A stretch of DNA of 64,000 bases from an uncultured Pelagibacteraceae bacterium. Lineage in GTDB: Bacteria > Pseudomonadota > Alphaproteobacteria > Pelagibacterales > Pelagibacteraceae. This document shows positions 10,572-21,083 of this stretch, one piece after another. Location of the stretch: positions 3,548 to 67,547 of the forward strand of contig CACOSU010000005.1 of NCBI GenBank assembly GCA_902629935.1. Reading direction: 5' to 3'. Below the pieces are notes generated by a model that saw only the letters and a program-made list of their open reading frames with translations, was not told the origin of the DNA and did not search any database. Each line of letters begins with the position of its first letter. Positions within the stretch are counted from its first letter, which is position 1. The position numbers and the translations under genes are program-made.

Positions 10572-11033
10572 TTAATTTAATTCAAAAATTGCATCAACTT
10601 CAACTGATACACCTAAGGGTAAACTATTAGTACTCACTGCAGCTCTTGTATGCATACCAGCCTCACCAAAAATTAAAGCAATTAAATCAGAAGCTCCATT
10701 TATAACTTTTGGCTGATCAGTAAACTCGTCAGTAGAATTTACAAATCCAGTTAATTTAATACATGATTTTATTTTATTTAAATCTCCATTACATGCACTT
10801 TTAGCTTGTGATACTATACTTAAAGCACATCTTTCGGCAGCCTTATATCCGTCCTCTGTAGATAATTCCTTACCCAACTTACCTTTAATTAATTCTCCTT
10901 TTTCTGAAATTGAAATTTGACCGGAAATGTATAAAAGTTTTCCTGCTATTTTTGTGGCAACATATGAACCAACTGGAGCCTTCGGTTCTGGAAGTTCTAT
11001 TTTGTTTTTTATTATGCTCTCCTCAAAATTCAT
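10572..11033 (-). CDS. RidA/YjgF/UK114-family protein
   Basis: 153 aa with family-typical layout (LLYISGQIS..., C-terminal SVEVDAIFEL). Confidence 0.75.
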   Translation of the reverse strand: MNFEESIIKNKIELPEPKAPVGSYVATKIAGKLLYISGQISISEKGELIKGKLGKELSTEDGYKAAERCALSIVSQAKSACNGDLNKIKSCIKLTGFVNSTDEFTDQPKVINGASDLIALIFGEAGMHTRAAVSTNSLPLGVSVEVDAIFELN

Positions 11034-11245
11034 TTTTCTTTTTTCTTAAACCAATCAGTTAAATATTTTTTTTCCTTAACATTATTAGTATCTAGGCCAA
11101 AACCTGATGTTTTTTTTTTAACTTTTCCACCTAAACATTTTAAATATTCTTTTGACAATTTTTTATAAGAAGAACAATTCTCATTCCCCTGAGAGTAATT
11201 ATTTATAAAAAAGGATAGAATTATTAATAAGAATATTTTTTTCAT
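11030..11245 (-). CDS. small secreted basic protein, function unknown
   Basis: 71 aa with an N-terminal signal-like MKKIFLLIILSFFINNYSQG. It has 4-nt overlaps with both topA and the RidA-family gene, so it fits as a translationally coupled ORF. No recognisable family. Confidence 0.5.
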   Translation of the reverse strand: MKKIFLLIILSFFINNYSQGNENCSSYKKLSKEYLKCLGGKVKKKTSGFGLDTNNVKEKKYLTDWFKKKEK

Positions 11246-13827
11246 TTAGCTCTCTTTTTCTTTTGCTTCTTATTCTTATCGTATTCTCTTCTTTTCTCAA
11301 TAAGAATTAGAGCTTCTTCCATTGTAATTTCAGTAGGGTCTTTTTCCTCGGGTATTGTTGCATTTAAAGACTTGTATTTTATATAAGGTCCATATTGACC
11401 CTTCATTATTCTCACTGGCTTCTTATCTTCAGGGTGTTCACCTAGGTCTTTAATAATTGATGATGACATTCTTCCTGGTTTTGCTTCAGCTATAAGAGTA
11501 ATAGCTCTATTTAATCCTATCGAAAAAAATTCATCAACATTTTCTATCCTTGCCGATTTATTCTCACATTTTATATAAGGACCAAATCTACCTGTATTAA
11601 GGATGATTTCTTTTTGATTCTCTGGATTAATACCTAGTGATTTAGGAAGCGAGCATAAAAATTTAGCTTTTTCTAAATCTATACTTTCTAATTCAATTCC
11701 TTTTGGAATTGATACATTTTTTAATAGTTCATTAACTTCAGTTTTCTTTTTTTTTGTTTTTTTTCTCTTTTTAGGTTTTTCTTCTTCAATATTTTCTTCA
11801 AGTATCTTCTCATATTGTAGATAAGGACCAAATCTTCCGTTTTTGAGAAAAATATCATTTCCATTTTCATGTTTTCCTAAAAATTTTGGCTCTGCAAGTT
11901 GTGACTGAGCTGCTGCTTTAGCTTTTGATAATGGTCTTGTAAATTTACATTCTGGATAATTGGAACACCCTATAAAAGCACCTCCTCTAAAACTATTTTT
12001 TAAACTTAGTGATCCAGTATCACATAACTGGCATTTTCTAACTATTTTACCATCTTTATCAGTATCAAATATTAATGCTCCTAAACTCTCATTTAAAAGA
12101 TCTAAAACCTCTCTAGTTCGTTTTTCTTTAACTTCTGAAACATTGCTATTAAAGTCTTTCCAAAACATTTCAAGCACTTTTAACCAACTTTCTTTACCTG
12201 AGGTAATTTCATCTAATTGATCCTCTAATCCAGCTGTAAAGTTATAATCAACGTATTTCGAAAATAGTTTTTCTAAAAATGCAGAAATTAATTTACCTCG
12301 ATCTGTTGGAAAAAATCTTTTATTAACTATTTCTGCATATCCTCTATTTGCTATTGTCGATATTATGCTTGCATAAGTTGAAGGTCTTCCAATTCCTAAT
12401 TCTTCTAATTTTTTAACCAAACTTGCCTCAGAATAGCGTGGGGGAGGTTGTGTAAAATGTTGTTCATCGATAAGAGCTTCTATATTAATTGGCCCTTTTG
12501 ACATCTCAGGTAAAATTTGCTCATCATCATCTTTGCTTTGGTTTGAATAAACTTTTAAAAATCCATCAAATTTTAAAACCGATCCGCTTGATTTACATAT
12601 TGTTTTATTATCTTCAGATTCTATAGTTATTGTATTTCTATCAAATTTAGCTGTCTCCATTTGTGAGGAAAGAGCTCTTGACCAAATCAAATTATATAAT
12701 TTTTGTTGATCAGAACTTAAATATTTTTTTACTGAATCTGGATTTCTATTGATATCTGTCGGTCTTATTGCTTCATGAGCTTCTTGAGCATTTTTTGCTT
12801 TTTTTCCTGAGTAATTATTTGGATTTTCTGGCAAATATTCGTTTCCATATTCTTTTTTAATAAAATTTCTAAAATCAGAGATTGCATCAGCTGATAAATT
12901 AGTTCCATCTGTTCTCATATAAGTAATTAATCCAACTGTATCTCCTTCAATTTCAATACCTTGATAAAGTTTTTGTGCTATTTGCATTGTTCTTGATGCA
13001 CCAAAACCCAATCTACTAGAAGCAACTTGTTGAAGTGTTGAAGTCGTGAATGGTCCTGAGGGATTTCTACTAACAACCTTTGAGGAAATATCAGTTATGT
13101 TAAATTTTTTTGTCTTTATATTAGTAATTGCTTTTTCAATTTCTTCCTTGTTTTTAAATGAGAATTTTTCAATTTTTTCTCCATTAAGCTGTGAAATACT
13201 TGCTGTAATTTTACTTTTGTTTTTATCCTGAAAATTAATACTTAAAGTCCAAAATTCTTCAGGCTTAAACAATTCAATTTCATGCTCCCTTTCGGTAATC
13301 AATTTCAGTGCAACAGATTGAACTCTACCTGCAGATTTTGAACCAGGTAATTTTGTCCATAGTATTGGTGATATATTAAATCCTACCAAATAATCTAAAG
13401 CTCTTCTAGCCATGTAAGCATCGACTAATAGAGGTTCTATCTGTCTAGGGTTTTCAATACCATGTGTGACAGCCTTTTTGGTTATTTCATTAAATACTAC
13501 ACGTTCAATTTCTTTGTCCTTTAAAAGTTTTTTTTCATCTAAATATTCTTTTACATGCCAAGCTATAGCTTCTCCCTCACGATCTGGGTCAGTTGCAAGA
13601 ATTATTTTTGAAGAGTCTTTTGCAGCATCTGTAATTTCTTTAAGATATTTTTTTGAAAAGCTATCAACCTCCCACTCCATTTTAAAATTTTGATCAGGAT
13701 CAACCGATCCATTTTTCGATGGAAGATCTCTAATATGACCATAACTAGCTAAAACGGTATAGTTATCGCCTAAATACTTATTAATTGTTTTTGCTTTAGC
13801 AGGGCTTTCAACTATGACTAGATTCAT
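11242..13827 (-). CDS. topA: DNA topoisomerase I
   Basis: TOPRIM start MNLVIVESPAKAKTI, catalytic region ITYMRTDG, and C-terminal Cys4 zinc ribbons (CQLCDTG...CSNYPEC) with a Lys-rich insert. Confidence 0.97.
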   Translation of the reverse strand: MNLVIVESPAKAKTINKYLGDNYTVLASYGHIRDLPSKNGSVDPDQNFKMEWEVDSFSKKYLKEITDAAKDSSKIILATDPDREGEAIAWHVKEYLDEKKLLKDKEIERVVFNEITKKAVTHGIENPRQIEPLLVDAYMARRALDYLVGFNISPILWTKLPGSKSAGRVQSVALKLITEREHEIELFKPEEFWTLSINFQDKNKSKITASISQLNGEKIEKFSFKNKEEIEKAITNIKTKKFNITDISSKVVSRNPSGPFTTSTLQQVASSRLGFGASRTMQIAQKLYQGIEIEGDTVGLITYMRTDGTNLSADAISDFRNFIKKEYGNEYLPENPNNYSGKKAKNAQEAHEAIRPTDINRNPDSVKKYLSSDQQKLYNLIWSRALSSQMETAKFDRNTITIESEDNKTICKSSGSVLKFDGFLKVYSNQSKDDDEQILPEMSKGPINIEALIDEQHFTQPPPRYSEASLVKKLEELGIGRPSTYASIISTIANRGYAEIVNKRFFPTDRGKLISAFLEKLFSKYVDYNFTAGLEDQLDEITSGKESWLKVLEMFWKDFNSNVSEVKEKRTREVLDLLNESLGALIFDTDKDGKIVRKCQLCDTGSLSLKNSFRGGAFIGCSNYPECKFTRPLSKAKAAAQSQLAEPKFLGKHENGNDIFLKNGRFGPYLQYEKILEENIEEEKPKKRKKTKKKKTEVNELLKNVSIPKGIELESIDLEKAKFLCSLPKSLGINPENQKEIILNTGRFGPYIKCENKSARIENVDEFFSIGLNRAITLIAEAKPGRMSSSIIKDLGEHPEDKKPVRIMKGQYGPYIKYKSLNATIPEEKDPTEITMEEALILIEKRREYDKNKKQKKKRAK

Positions 13828-13864
13828 AAAATAACAAACTACTCAAAAGAGTTTGATAGTCAAA

Positions 13865-14443
13865 TTAATAAATTTTTGTTTTAGTTTCTTCTTTATTTTT
13901 CAAGCGTTTAATATTTTCTTTGTGGGTAAAAAATATCAAAATAAACATTATTATGTAAAAAAATACGTTTTCTATACCATCCATAATTAAAATATAAACA
14001 GGTATTGAAAGTGATCCTATTAAGGAAGCTAAAGATGAATATTTAGAAATAAAAAAGATTATTAACCAGCAAATACCAAAAACTAAACCAAACATAATAT
14101 TTAAAGAAAAAAGTATTCCAACATATGTGGCTACACCTTTACCACCTTTAAATTTTAACCATATTGGGAACACATGACCTATAAAAGCACATAAAGCTGA
14201 AATATAGATCGCATCAGGGAAATTAATTTTTACGTATAAAACCGGAATTACTGCTTTCAACACATCAAGCATTAGTGTTGAATAACCAATAAGTTTGTTT
14301 CCAGTTCTTAAAGCATTTGTAGCACCAATATTACCAGAACCAATTTCTCTAATATCTTTTTTTAAAAATATTTTAGTTAAAATTAATCCAAAAGGAATTG
14401 ATCCCATTAGGTATGAGGTTATACCTATTATAAAAAGTTCCAT
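13865..14443 (-). CDS. plsY: glycerol-3-phosphate acyltransferase PlsY
   Basis: GSGNIGATNALR motif and a 5-6 TM profile, 192 aa. Confidence 0.92.
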   Translation of the reverse strand: MELFIIGITSYLMGSIPFGLILTKIFLKKDIREIGSGNIGATNALRTGNKLIGYSTLMLDVLKAVIPVLYVKINFPDAIYISALCAFIGHVFPIWLKFKGGKGVATYVGILFSLNIMFGLVFGICWLIIFFISKYSSLASLIGSLSIPVYILIMDGIENVFFYIIMFILIFFTHKENIKRLKNKEETKTKIY

Positions 14444-14445
14444 TT

Positions 14446-15732
14446 TTATATTTTAAATAATTCTATACCTTTTACAAATGTATTGGTTACTTTTCCTTGA
14501 AGTTTCTTATCTTCAATTGAAGTATTTTTAGATTTAGAGATTAAATTTTCTTTCTTTACAATCCATGGTTTATTGATATCTACTATACAAAAATCTGCAT
14601 CATTACCAATTGACAGGTTTCCTTTATTTATATTTAATATTTTTGCAGGGTTAGAGGTTAAAGCTTGAATTATAGTTTCAAGTTTTAAAGATCCATTATG
14701 AAATAATTCTAAACTTAAAGATAACAATGTTTCAATACCAGATGCACCTGTTGCAGCTTGAGCAAAAGTCAACCTTTTAGATTCTTCATCTTCAGGTTTA
14801 TGGTCAGAAACAATTACATCGATTGTTTTATCTTTTAATCCTTGAACTAAGGACTCTCGATCCTCTTCTCTTCTCAGTGGAGGTGATAATTTTAAAAATG
14901 TTCTAAAATCTCCAATATCATTTTCATTTAATGAGAGATTATTTATTGATACACCGCAAGTAAATTTAACATTTTGTTTACGTTCTTTAATTATATCCAC
15001 AGACTTAGATGCCGATAGTTGAGATATATGATAACGACATTTAGTTTTTTCTAACAATGTTAGATCTCTTTCTATTATAATTCTCTCAGCAATATCTGGT
15101 ATGCTTGATAAGCCTAGTTTCGTTGCAATAATACCAGAATTAATCATTCCATTTTTAGCTAAATCGTAATCTTCAGCATGTTGCATTATAAGACATCCCA
15201 AATCTTTAGCAGAATTCATAATTCTAGACATAAGTCTAGTATTTTGAATTGTTTTCACTCCATCAGTAAATGCAATAATTCCTTTTTTAGCTAATAACCC
15301 AAATTCAGTCATATTGGTACCATCAGTGTTTTGAGTTAATGAAGCACAAGGAAAGATATTTATTTTAGACTTATCACGTCCTCTTCTTTTTAAAAAATCT
15401 ACAATTGATACATTATCTATAATTGGATCTGTATTAGGCATGGTTACAACAGAAGTTACTCCACCAGATAATGCAGCATTACTCAAAGTTTTAAAATTTT
15501 CTTTGTATTCATATCCAGGCTCGCCAACAAAAACTCTCATATCTACTATACCAGGAAATATATATTTACCCTTTAAGTCAGTAGGCTTTTCTCTAGTTGG
15601 TAAATTATTTGTATTTACCTTTTTTCCTATAGCCTCTATCTTTCCTTCTTCGCTAATTATTAATCCACCATTTTCGTTTATAGAGTTATGAGGATCTATA
15701 ATATTTGCATTTATAAAGTATTGTTTTTTCAT
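14446..15732 (-). CDS. pyrC: dihydroorotase-like protein (amidohydrolase fold) lacking the N-terminal HxH metal motif; PyrC'/PyrX-like
   Basis: Amidohydrolase layout with HAED and SDHKPE motifs retained. The position of the canonical D-x-H-x-H reads VDMRVFVGEPG. The stop abuts the pyrB stop-proximal end. Confidence 0.8.
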   Translation of the reverse strand: MKKQYFINANIIDPHNSINENGGLIISEEGKIEAIGKKVNTNNLPTREKPTDLKGKYIFPGIVDMRVFVGEPGYEYKENFKTLSNAALSGGVTSVVTMPNTDPIIDNVSIVDFLKRRGRDKSKINIFPCASLTQNTDGTNMTEFGLLAKKGIIAFTDGVKTIQNTRLMSRIMNSAKDLGCLIMQHAEDYDLAKNGMINSGIIATKLGLSSIPDIAERIIIERDLTLLEKTKCRYHISQLSASKSVDIIKERKQNVKFTCGVSINNLSLNENDIGDFRTFLKLSPPLRREEDRESLVQGLKDKTIDVIVSDHKPEDEESKRLTFAQAATGASGIETLLSLSLELFHNGSLKLETIIQALTSNPAKILNINKGNLSIGNDADFCIVDINKPWIVKKENLISKSKNTSIEDKKLQGKVTNTFVKGIELFKI

Positions 15733-16674
15733 TTATTCACAAAATATTTTTAAACATGCCATTCTTACTGCAACACCCAATTCAACTTGTTCCTTAATTA
15801 CGCTTTTGTTTATGTCGTCTGCTAATCTTGTATCAATTTCTATTCCTCTATTCATTGGACCAGGATGCATAATTAGAGCATCTGATTTTGCATGATCAAG
15901 TTTGTCAGGGGTTAATCCATAATATTCATAATACTCTCTATTCGATGAAAGATATGAACTGGTCATCCTTTCATTTTGCAATCTAAGCATCATCACAATA
16001 TCACAATCTTTGAGACCCTTTTTCATATCTGTAAAAGTATTTACACCAAATTTTTCAATTTCTTTTGGCATAAGATTAGATGGAGCAACTATATTAACCT
16101 CAGCTCCTAACATTGTAAGAAGATAAATATTTGATCTAGCTACTCTAGAATGAAGTATGTCTCCACATATGGCGATTTTTAATCCTTGAATTTTCTTTTT
16201 TCTATTTCTAATTGTTAATGCATCTAATAATGCTTGAGTAGGGTGTTCACGTCTACCATCACCAGCATTTAATACAACACAATTAACTTTTTGAGATAAT
16301 AGATTACACGCACCAGAATCTTGATGTCTGATCACAATTATATCAGGATGCATTGCGTTTAAGGTCATTGCTGTATCAATCAAAGTTTCACCTTTCTTTA
16401 TTGCAGAGTTCCCCATATTCATTGACATAACATCTGCACCAAGTCTTTTTCCAGCTAGTTCAAATGAACTTTGAGTTCTAGTTGATGGCTCAAAGAATAA
16501 GTTTATTTGTGTTTTACCTCTTAAAACATCTATTTTTTTATTTTTACTTTGATTTAATTTTATGAAGACTTCCGACTCATCAAGGATATAATTGATATCA
16601 CTAACTGATAAATCTTGTATACCTAACAGATGTTTTTGTGAGATTTTAATAGCTTTATTGATTTTAGTTGCCAT
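15733..16674 (-). CDS. pyrB: aspartate carbamoyltransferase catalytic subunit
   Basis: STRTQSSFE and HPTQALLD motifs. Start placed at MATKINK (16674). A longer ORF to 16713 would add a hydrophobic, non-conserved extension. Confidence 0.93.
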   Translation of the reverse strand: MATKINKAIKISQKHLLGIQDLSVSDINYILDESEVFIKLNQSKNKKIDVLRGKTQINLFFEPSTRTQSSFELAGKRLGADVMSMNMGNSAIKKGETLIDTAMTLNAMHPDIIVIRHQDSGACNLLSQKVNCVVLNAGDGRREHPTQALLDALTIRNRKKKIQGLKIAICGDILHSRVARSNIYLLTMLGAEVNIVAPSNLMPKEIEKFGVNTFTDMKKGLKDCDIVMMLRLQNERMTSSYLSSNREYYEYYGLTPDKLDHAKSDALIMHPGPMNRGIEIDTRLADDINKSVIKEQVELGVAVRMACLKIFCE

Positions 16675-16716
16675 TAAAATTAACTCTATAACTATAAAGA
16701 CCTTAAATGGCAAGGA

Positions 16717-17172
16717 TTAATTATTTAAATAATCTATAGCTCCTTGAAGAATAAATGCAGCTGCGTTTTGATCTATGTTTTTTTCACGCTTTGATACATT
16801 AACATCTAACTGACTTGATATATTAAATGCACCTACAGTTGAAAGTCTTTCATCCCAAAGACAAACATCTATGCCTACATTTTGATCTATATTTTTAGAC
16901 ACATCCTTTACCGATTGAGTAGAGGGACCTAATGAACCATCCATATTAATTGGATATCCAATGATAATCCCCTTAATATTATTTTCCTCTATTATTTTTT
17001 TTAATTCGTACATTAGATCTTCATTATTGGTTTTATTGATTGTTTTAAAGGGTGTGGCTATTGACTGTTTTTCGTCACAAATAGATACACCGATTCTTTT
17101 TGAACCAAGATCCAAACCAATCAATCTAGAGGTTTCAGACTGTTTTTTTTTGAATTCTTCAATAGTGATCAT
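16717..17172 (-). CDS. ruvX: YqgF/RuvX putative pre-16S rRNA nuclease (Holliday junction resolvase-like)
   Basis: LIGLDLGSKRIGVS N-terminal RNase H-like motif, 151 aa. Confidence 0.88.
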   Translation of the reverse strand: MITIEEFKKKQSETSRLIGLDLGSKRIGVSICDEKQSIATPFKTINKTNNEDLMYELKKIIEENNIKGIIIGYPINMDGSLGPSTQSVKDVSKNIDQNVGIDVCLWDERLSTVGAFNISSQLDVNVSKREKNIDQNAAAFILQGAIDYLNN

Positions 17173-17222
17173 ATTGTATATTTTAAACTTAAGTGATAGT
17201 TTGCGACATATTTAAATATCAT

Positions 17223-17510
17223 ATGAGCATCGATCTTAAAACAATAAAGCACATATCTAAATTATCAAGGATTTCTGTAGATGAGAAAAAAGCAGAAAAA
17301 CTCGCGGGAGATTTGAATTCAATTTTTGATTTTATTGAAAAACTTAACGAATTAAAAACTGAGAATGTTGAACCTTTAACTTCTGTTGCTGAAACAACTC
17401 TTATATTAAGACCTGATGAAGTAAAAAGTAAAAACCTAAGAGAACAAGTAATAAAAAATTCTCCTAAGGAAAATGAAGATTATTTTGTAGTACCAAAGGT
17501 AATTGAATAA
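17223..17510 (+). CDS. gatC: Asp/Glu-tRNA amidotransferase subunit C
   Basis: Small protein followed by gatA and gatB. IKHISKLSRISVDEKKAEKL is GatC-like. Start placed at MSIDLK. Confidence 0.88.
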   Translation: MSIDLKTIKHISKLSRISVDEKKAEKLAGDLNSIFDFIEKLNELKTENVEPLTSVAETTLILRPDEVKSKNLREQVIKNSPKENEDYFVVPKVIE

Positions 17511-18967
17511 TGTCAGATATAACTAAACAATCATTATCTGATTTGGTAGAAAATATAAAAAGTAAGAAACTTTCTTCAAGTGAAGTTACTAAAGCATTTG
17601 TTGAGCGATCAGAAAAATCAAAAGAACTAAACACATATATAACCGAAGATTATGAAAATGCTTTAGTTAAAGCAAAAAAGTTTGATGAAAAACCTAATTA
17701 TCATCAAAAATTGCCTGGAATTCCAATTGCTGTGAAAGATTTATTTTGTACAAAAGATCTAAGAACTACGGCAGGTAGTAAAATATTAAATAACTTTGTT
17801 CCAACTTATGAGTCAACAGTTACACAAAATATTTGGAATGAAGGAGCTATTCTGATGGGTAAATTAAATTGTGATGAATTTGCAATGGGTTCATCTAATG
17901 AAACTAGTTTTTTTGGTAATGTACAAAATCCAATTGATAAAAACCTAGTTCCAGGAGGATCATCTGGTGGATCGTCTTCTGCTGTATCAGCTCAATTAAC
18001 ACCAATAACTATTGGAACGGATACAGGTGGATCTATAAGACAACCAGCTTCTTTTACAGGAACAGTTGGATTAAAACCTACTTATGGTAGTTGTTCAAGA
18101 TATGGAATCGTGGCTTTTGCATCCTCTTTGGATCAAGCTGGACCAATGGCGCAAAATGTTAAAGATTGTGCATTGTTACAGGAAGTTATTAGTACTTATG
18201 ATGAAAAAGATTCTACATCAATAGACTTTAAAAGGAACGAGTACAGTAAAGAATTAACAAAAAATATTAAAGGTAAAAAAATAGGAATACCTAAAGAATA
18301 TAGAATTGATAATATGCCTAAGGAAATAGAAGATCTTTGGAAAAAAGGTGTTGAATATGCAAAAGATTGCGGTGCTGAGATTATCGATATATCTCTACCG
18401 CATACAAATTATGCGCTACCAACTTATTACATAGTAGCACCCGCAGAGGCTTCATCTAATTTAGCTCGATATGATGGTGTTAAATACGGTTTTAGAGCAG
18501 AAGGTGAAAATCTTATTGATATGTATGAAAAAACCAGATCTGAAGGATTTGGAGCTGAAGTTCAAAGAAGAATTATGATTGGAACTTATGTTTTGTCGTC
18601 AGGTTATTATGATGCTTACTACCTTAAAGCGCAAAAAGTAAGAAAACTTATTAAAAATGATTTTGATGAAGCTTATAAAAAAGTTGATGCAATATTAACT
18701 CCATCAACTCCTAGTTCTGCATTTAAAATCGGTGAAAAAACAAATGATCCAGTTTCGATGTATTTAAATGATATTTTTACCGTTCCAGTAAATTTAGCTG
18801 GTTTGCCTGGAATTTCTATACCTGCAGGGCACGATTCTAAAGGATATCCTTTAGGATTACAGATAATTGGTAAAGCTTTTGATGAACAAAATATTTTAAA
18901 CATTGCATACGCTATGGAAGAAAAAATTAATTTTAAAAACAATATTACTGATTGGTGGCTTAAGTGA
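17510..18967 (+). CDS. gatA: Asp/Glu-tRNA amidotransferase subunit A
   Basis: Amidase signature [11 protein letters not shown]...[13 protein letters not shown]. Confidence 0.96.
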   Translation: MSDITKQSLSDLVENIKSKKLSSSEVTKAFVERSEKSKELNTYITEDYENALVKAKKFDEKPNYHQKLPGIPIAVKDLFCTKDLRTTAGSKILNNFVPTYESTVTQNIWNEGAILMGKLNCDEFAMGSSNETSFFGNVQNPIDKNLVPGGSSGGSSSAVSAQLTPITIGTDTGGSIRQPASFTGTVGLKPTYGSCSRYGIVAFASSLDQAGPMAQNVKDCALLQEVISTYDEKDSTSIDFKRNEYSKELTKNIKGKKIGIPKEYRIDNMPKEIEDLWKKGVEYAKDCGAEIIDISLPHTNYALPTYYIVAPAEASSNLARYDGVKYGFRAEGENLIDMYEKTRSEGFGAEVQRRIMIGTYVLSSGYYDAYYLKAQKVRKLIKNDFDEAYKKVDAILTPSTPSSAFKIGEKTNDPVSMYLNDIFTVPVNLAGLPGISIPAGHDSKGYPLGLQIIGKAFDEQNILNIAYAMEEKINFKNNITDWWLK

Positions 18968-20427
18968 GTGAGAATAATAACGAATATCTAATTAATAGAC
19001 ATGATAATCAATATGAAGTTATCATTGGTTTAGAAGTTCATGCACAAGTTACATCGCAGTCGAAATTATTCTCAACATCATCAACCAAATTTGGAGGTGA
19101 ACCAAATACCCAAGTAAGTTTAGTTGATGCAGCATTTCCAGGAATGTTGCCGGTAATAAACGAGTATTGTGTAAAACAAGCTATTAAAACAGGAATTGGT
19201 TTAAAAGCTAAAATTAATAAGAGATCTGTCTTTGATAGAAAAAACTATTTTTATGCTGATTTACCTCAGGGATATCAAATCTCACAATTTAAAGATCCAA
19301 TTGTAGGCGAGGGTAAAGTAATACTTGATATGCCTAATGGTCAAAAAGAGGTAGGTATAGAAAGACTACACTTGGAACAAGATGCGGGAAAAAGTATTCA
19401 TGATTTAGATCCAAAGAATACATTTGTTGATTTAAATAGGTCAGGTGTAGCTTTGATGGAAATTGTTAGTAAACCTGATTTAAGGTCTCCAGATGAGGTT
19501 AATGCATATATTAAGAAACTAAGATCAATAATGAGATATTTAGGAACCTGTGATGGAAACATGCAAGAAGGATCTTTAAGAGCTGATGTAAATGTATCTG
19601 TTAGAAAAAAAGGTTCAAAAGAATTTGGAACCAGATGTGAAATTAAAAATGTTAACTCTATAAAGTTCATGCAGATGGCAATCGAATATGAAGCTAACAG
19701 ACAAGTTGATTTAATTGAGGATGGCCAAACGATTGATCAGGAAACAAGACTTTTTGATACTAAAAAGAATGAGACTAGATCAATGAGATCGAAAGAGGAC
19801 GCTCATGATTATAGATATTTTCCAGATCCGGACTTATTGCCTCTAGAAGTTTCTGATGATTTTATAGAAACTTTAAAGTCAGAAATTCCAGAATTACCTG
19901 ATGAAAAGAAAAAAAGATTTATAGAAAAGTTCAAATTATCACCATACGAAGCTAATATTTTAGTTTCAGATATTGAAACATCAAATTATTTTGAAAATGT
20001 AATTAAGAAATCAGATGTAAAACTAGCAACGAATTGGATAATTGGTGAATTATTTGCAGCTTTAAATGAAAAGAATTTAGAAATTAGTGAAAGTCCAATT
20101 AGTGCAGGCAATCTATCTAAATTAATTAATTTGATTAAAGATGGAACTATATCTGGAAAGATTGCAAAAACTGTATTTGAACAAATGATGAAAGGAGACA
20201 AAGATCCTAAAAAAATTGTAGAGGAAAAGGGCTTAAAACAAGAGAGTGATCCCAAAGCACTAAAGGCACTGATAGATAAAGTTATTGATGATAATAGAGA
20301 GAAAGCTGTTGAATATAAATCAGGCAAAGTAAAATTATTTGGTTTCTTTGTAGGTCAAGTAATGAAGGTTTCTGGTGGAAAAGCAAATCCTCAATTAGTC
20401 AATGAGATTTTAAAGAAAAAACTTTAG
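18964..20427 (+). CDS. gatB: Asp/Glu-tRNA amidotransferase subunit B (GTG start)
   Basis: [25 protein letters not shown] and a C-terminal GatB/YqeY domain. Confidence 0.96.
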   Translation: MSENNNEYLINRHDNQYEVIIGLEVHAQVTSQSKLFSTSSTKFGGEPNTQVSLVDAAFPGMLPVINEYCVKQAIKTGIGLKAKINKRSVFDRKNYFYADLPQGYQISQFKDPIVGEGKVILDMPNGQKEVGIERLHLEQDAGKSIHDLDPKNTFVDLNRSGVALMEIVSKPDLRSPDEVNAYIKKLRSIMRYLGTCDGNMQEGSLRADVNVSVRKKGSKEFGTRCEIKNVNSIKFMQMAIEYEANRQVDLIEDGQTIDQETRLFDTKKNETRSMRSKEDAHDYRYFPDPDLLPLEVSDDFIETLKSEIPELPDEKKKRFIEKFKLSPYEANILVSDIETSNYFENVIKKSDVKLATNWIIGELFAALNEKNLEISESPISAGNLSKLINLIKDGTISGKIAKTVFEQMMKGDKDPKKIVEEKGLKQESDPKALKALIDKVIDDNREKAVEYKSGKVKLFGFFVGQVMKVSGGKANPQLVNEILKKKL

Positions 20428-20432
20428 AATTT

Positions 20433-21083
20433 ATGGGTTCAGACCTAAATATAACTAAAGAACTTCAAGAGTATATTTTGAGTCATGGATTTAACTTACA
20501 TCCAGTGCAAAAAGAAATAATTGATTACAACAGTTCACTTGGTGAAATTAAAAGAATGCAGATATCAATTTCTCAAAGTCAACTCCTGCATTTAATCATA
20601 AAAATTTCAAACATCAAAAAAGTATTAGAGATTGGTACATTTACAGGATTAAGCACATTGTCCATGGCTTTAGCATTATCAGATGATGGTAAAATAATTG
20701 CTTTAGATAAAAATAATGAAACTAATAAAGTTGCAACAAATTTTTTCAAAAAAGCTAATCAAGAACATAAAATTAAAACATTAATTAAACCTGCTTTAGA
20801 AAGTTTGGATGAAATTAAAAATGAAAAGTTTGATTTAGTTTTTATTGATGCTGATAAAACTAATTATATACAATATTATGAACGTTCTTTAAAATTATTG
20901 AATAAAAATGGCTTAATAATAATCGATAATGTTTTGTGGTATGGTGAAGTAGTTAATCAAAATAATACTGACAAATTTACTAAAAATATTAAAGAATTTA
21001 ATAATCATATTTCAAAGGATGAGAGAATAGAAAAATTAATAGTTCCACTTGGTGATGGTATGACTGTTTGTAGAAAATTATAA
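20433..21083 (+). CDS. class I SAM-dependent O-methyltransferase, family 3 (caffeoyl-CoA OMT / YrrM-TrmR-like)
   Basis: VLEIGTFTGLSTL SAM motif, FDLVFIDADKTNY, IIIDNVLWYG and C-terminal PLGDGMTV. Confidence 0.85.
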   Translation: MGSDLNITKELQEYILSHGFNLHPVQKEIIDYNSSLGEIKRMQISISQSQLLHLIIKISNIKKVLEIGTFTGLSTLSMALALSDDGKIIALDKNNETNKVATNFFKKANQEHKIKTLIKPALESLDEIKNEKFDLVFIDADKTNYIQYYERSLKLLNKNGLIIIDNVLWYGEVVNQNNTDKFTKNIKEFNNHISKDERIEKLIVPLGDGMTVCRKL

